Assembly (NCBI GenBank): GCA_964016885.1
Contig: OZ024764.1
Span: 17,732,001 to 17,796,000, forward strand
Source of the DNA: Eledone cirrhosa
Lineage: Eukaryota
Direction: 5' to 3'
Length of the DNA stretch: 64,000 bases
Shown: one piece after another, positions 59,014-64,000 of the stretch
Layout of the letters: every line of letters begins with the position of its first letter
Position numbering within the stretch: the stretch's first letter is position 1
Notes under the pieces: generated by a model
What the model saw: the letters and a program-made list of their open reading frames with translations, nothing else
Databases searched by the model: none
Told to the model about the DNA's origin: nothing
Program-made: the position numbers and the translations under genes

Positions 59014-59448
59014 GGGGGGGTTATGGTGATGGTGGTGGGTTGGGGGTTTACCCACACCCAGTCACCTACATCACCACCACCACCACCAACACTACACCAC
59101 CACCCTATAGACTACATAGCCACAACCCCGGGGCTCCGCCGTCCCAGATCTTTAATGTCCCGAAACTGGTTTTCTCCAGTTTAAACTGACCTCATCCAAC
59201 CAACTCTTAAACACTAAAATTGGGTCGTCAACTATGAAATTCATACTTGCCGATTCAATATACTATATATATATATATAGGAAAATAGTCAGGACCCCTA
59301 CGGCTGAGCTCCGGCCGTTTCGACAGCTAGATCCGAACTAAGCCACCAGTATTAGAACGGCGGGAATCTAGCTGAACTTATCAAGGGGTACAATCCATAT
59401 ATGGGCATACAGTCAGAGCAAAAAAAATCTAAGCCAAAGAATCTTAAA

Positions 59449-59490
<42 letters not shown>

Positions 59491-59501
59491 TGTGTGTGTG
59501 T

Positions 59502-59540
<39 letters not shown>

Positions 59541-59769
59541 TGTGTGTGAGTGTGTGTGTGTGTGTGTGAGTGTGTGTGTGAGTGTGTGTGTGAGTGTGTG
59601 TGTGTGAGTGTGTGTGCGCGTGTGTGTGTGTGTGTGTGTGTGTTATCAAGGTTGTGTTTTGAACATGACTTAAGAAACGCTCTTAAAATTATGATGGAAG
59701 GAGTTTTTAGATTAATATAAACATTTACTTTGGTTTGCTACCGAAAGGTTCACAATATTTTGATAACCT

Positions 59770-60465
59770 TTTATGAAACCCTAATTCTTTAAGGTTCAGT
59801 GAAGGACGCTTCTGAGCTCCGTGGTGCCCTAGGAGCCTGTCCTAGTGTGCCTTAATGATAACACCAGCCCTGTATAAACCTGTGGTCCTTTAAGTTTCAA
59901 TAATACACCTCTTTGAGGTCTGTAGCCTTAGTTGGACTTAATGGTTGCACCAGCCCTGTATAAGCTTTTATGAAAACCTTATCCTTTAAGGTTCAGTAAT
60001 TTATCTTTCTAAGGTCTGTCCTCCAGATGGCTGCCCTAGTCGGCCATAGTGGTAGCGACTGCTCTGTATAAAACTCTGAACCTTTATGTTTCTGTAATAC
60101 CCTACTCTATGATCAGGGGCCTTCCTTCGTGTGCCTTAATGGTAGTATCAGCTAGGTAGAATCTGTGATTCTTTTGGGTTCAGTATGCCTCTTTCTGAGG
60201 TATTGATGTGCCCTAGGGGGCGCCCTAGTAGGCCTTAATGTTAGCACCAGCCCTGTATAAGCTTTTATGAAACTCTTATCCTTTAAGGTTCAGTAATGTA
60301 CCTCTCTGATGTATTGATAAGCCCTAGGGGACTGCCCTGGCTGGCCTTAATTGTAGCACTAGCCCTATATAAACCTGTGGTCCTTTGGGGTTCAGCATGC
60401 ACCTTTCTGGTGCCTTGCTAAACCCTAGGGAGCTGCCCTAGTTGGCCTTAATTGTAGTCCCAGCC
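59770..60465. repeat. Old degenerate tandem repeat (~90-110 bp units)
   Basis: Recurrent CCCTAG...GCCTTAATG...CACCAGCCCTGTATAA...CCTTTAAGGTTCAGT. Confidence 0.65.
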
Positions 60466-60548
60466 CAACACAGACGTCCCAAGGTCACTACATAAACTCT
60501 GTGTTGGAGTACATTTATACTTGACTGTGTCGACACCTTACTACCACT

Positions 60549-60580
<32 letters not shown>

Positions 60581-60735
60581 CACTACCACTACTACCACTA
60601 CTACCACTACCACTACTACTACCACTACTACTACTACTACCACTACCACTACTACCACTACTACTACTACCACTACTACCACTACTATCAGCACTACTAC
60701 TACCACTACTACCACTACTACTACCACTACTACTC

Positions 60736-60766
<31 letters not shown>

Positions 60767-60792
60767 CACCACTATTACTACTACTATTACTA

Positions 60793-60826
<34 letters not shown>

Positions 60827-60861
60827 CACTACTACTACTACTACCACTACTACTACTACTA

Positions 60862-60892
<31 letters not shown>

Positions 60893-61243
60893 CACTACTA
60901 CCTCTATTACTACTACTACTACCACTACCACTACTACTACTACTACGACTACTACTACCAGCACTTCTTATTAGTAACATTATTGATGTAGCTTTTATTA
61001 GTTACAGAAGATATGTCTAACGAAGTCTAGACACACACAGACACACACACACACACACAGTGTGTGTATATATATATATGTGAGTGTGTGTGTGTGTGTT
61101 TATGTATGTATGTATGTATGTATATACACACACCTACACACCCCTGTCTGGATGACAATCAGAGAAATATCTGGGAAAGCGTCTTTAATCCTATTTATAA
61201 ATACCATATTAACTATATATGAACAAACCTTTGTTCCACCATG

Positions 61244-61317
<74 letters not shown>

Positions 61318-61460
61318 TATATACATATATATATAAATATATATATATATATACATATATATATAAATATATATACATATATATATAAATAAATATATAT
61401 ATATATATATAAATAAATATATATATATATATATAAATAAATATATATATATATATATAA

Positions 61461-61557
<97 letters not shown>

Positions 61558-61594
61558 AATAAATAAATATATATAAATATACATATATATATAA

Positions 61595-61662
<68 letters not shown>

Positions 61663-61676
61663 GTATGTATATATAT

Positions 61677-61707
<31 letters not shown>

Positions 61708-61798
61708 GTTTGTTGGTAGGTAAGCGTTCGACCTCTGTAGGAGCTTATATAGTACCTACTCACTATATATATATATAAACATATATTTATACACATAC

Positions 61799-61849
<51 letters not shown>

Positions 61850-62419
61850 CAAAATGTCATCACGAACGACGAGATCAAGAGACATTAGAAAACTGGAGCA
61901 AAAGGCACAAACAGAAACACGCCTTTATTGTCAGCTGACCGCTGGGAATTAAACAGGATTTCGGTTCATTGCAAGTACTCTATTGGTTATCCCAACCTTT
62001 AAACTTTTCAGCACTCCCTCATATGCGGTTGTTTTGTGTAAATTAGACATACAAGCGTGAAAACTAGGATATATTAAATATTAAATTAATACAAATTAAA
62101 TATTAAATTAATACAAATATTAAATTAATACAAAAGTGTATAATTTTACCTTATATTTCAGATTTCGAGATTTCTCAATGGCGGCTCAGCCCCCGATATT
62201 CCAGTTTCTACTGAAATTAAGAATTTAAAAATTTCTAGAAAATTAATTAAATAAAAAAAAATTATTTAATGAGAATTTAAATTGTATTAAAACTTTCTGG
62301 AATGTTTTGTAGCTCTTATGAAACATTGCGAGAGTTTCCCGAATGGTTTCTACGGATCGCTAGGATAGTAGCCGATACCAGCCGATAACAGCATGATTTC
62401 AGATGATATATATGAACCT

Positions 62420-62449
<30 letters not shown>

Positions 62450-62453
<4 letters not shown>

Positions 62454-62664
62454 AAAAAGTATGACCCCGACGGCAGAGCTCAATCCGTTTCGACGGCTAT
62501 TTCTGGACTAAATTAAAATTTTAATTTAGTCCAGAAATAGCCGTCGAAACGGCTTGAGCTCTGCCGTCAGGGTCAAACTTTTTGCTATTACCCACTCTAC
62601 TACCCTAAGTATTGAGTACTTTGGTGCGTTATGGTCCACCTGGTTCCTTACCACATTTCCTTCG

Positions 62665-62666
<2 letters not shown>
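62450..62666. mobile_element. ~140-bp (TA)n-associated dispersed element, inverted pair; probable Penelope-like pLTR fragment with the 3' half of a hammerhead
   Basis: Short - copy and full + copy joined at ...CTGGACTA/TAGTCCAG...; contains GAAA-CGGC-ttgagctct-GCCG-TC|GGGGTC-like motif; flanked by (TA)n. Confidence 0.7.
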
Positions 62667-62725
<59 letters not shown>

Positions 62726-63162
62726 TATATTTAATATAGAAATGGCTTCTACAGGACTAGAACTGTTTCATTCGGAAGATATATATAAAACAATAAAGAA
62801 AGTGTGGTAAGATACCAGGTGGACCATAACACACCAGAGTACTCAATACTTAGGGAAACGGCCAGAGCTCAGCCGTCGGGGTACTGTCTCTATCCCTATA
62901 TACACACACACATATATATATATATATAACCAAAAGTTAAACAAGGTTCATTGATTAATCAATGAATATAGATTTATAATAGATTAGAAGCACTCAACAG
63001 TCAAGTTTTCTGGAGTTATATATATATATATATTTAATTTTCTGGAGTATGAACACATATATTATACGTTTATATACTTTCATGTGCACCTCTCACACAC
63101 ACACACACACACACACACACGTGTGTATGTGCGTGTCTGTGTGTTTGTGTGTATGTCTGTGC

Positions 63163-63196
<34 letters not shown>

Positions 63197-63229
63197 TTAT
63201 GTCTCTGTGTATGTTTGTGTGTGTGTGTC

Positions 63230-63268
<39 letters not shown>

Positions 63269-64000
63269 CTGTGTGTTTGTGTGTATGTCTGTGTGTGTGT
63301 GTGTGTGTGTATGTATGTGTGTGTGTGTGTGTGTCTGTGTGTGTTTGTAAACATATATATATATATATACATATATACGTGTAGGGGTCGTGTGAGAGAG
63401 TTGTAGGGTATATGGTGGGGGAGGGAATGGAATTCGAAGTGAAAGAAAAGAGGATTATACATTCTTTCGTTAATGGTATATTTATTCTATTTTATTTTAT
63501 TTCTTATATTTACCCATTCTGTAGGGTGGGGTGGGGTGGGGGGTGGTAGATGGTCAGACGACTGTCCGACTTGATGGCTACATGGTAGGGGGAGGGGGCG
63601 ACCGAGGGGACGAGAGAGAGGGAGAGAGGAGAGGGGAAGAGGGGGGAGAGAGAAGGGGAGGGAGAGAGAGAAAGAGAGAGAGTGTGAGAGAGATGGGGTG
63701 AGAGAGAGAGACGGGAGAAACGTTAGACGGGGGGTGGGCGAATGGGGGGGGGGGGGGGGGTGTAGTACATCGACGACAGAATGGCTGACCACTCGGGTCC
63801 ACATGAAAGGAGTAAGGAATCCAGTCTCGGACGTTGGTCAGACGAGACGAGACGAGACGAGACGAGACGACATTCCGGAAGAGTCCGTCAAATACCGGAA
63901 GACGAAGACACAAACAACAGCTTTAAAAACAACAATAAATATCTGATGATATATATATATATATTCACATAGATTTATATATATACACACCGCATATATA

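Overview
Animal genomic DNA, very probably an octopod cephalopod. This is inferred from the extreme (TA)n/(CA)n/(TAC)n/(GGT)n load and an abundant tRNA-derived SINE resembling those of Octopus. Almost all ORFs in the supplied track are microsatellite translations. The one convincing host gene is a 4-coding-exon clan-7 (CYP7/CYP8-like) cytochrome P450 on + (9739-13319, about 535 aa). It has a shortened heme-ligand loop (FGTLCPG), an atypical I-helix and an Asn-rich insertion. The rest is repeat-derived: SINEs, RTE and CR1/L2-type LINE remnants, MITEs and minisatellites. Two 65-bp arrays and one 61-bp array are amplified pieces of LINE coding sequence. The most striking signal is a set of small elements sitting in (TA)n tracts that fold into minimal type-I hammerhead ribozymes of the Penelope-like type. 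At least 4 sequence families are present, and many copies are arranged as back-to-back inverted pairs.
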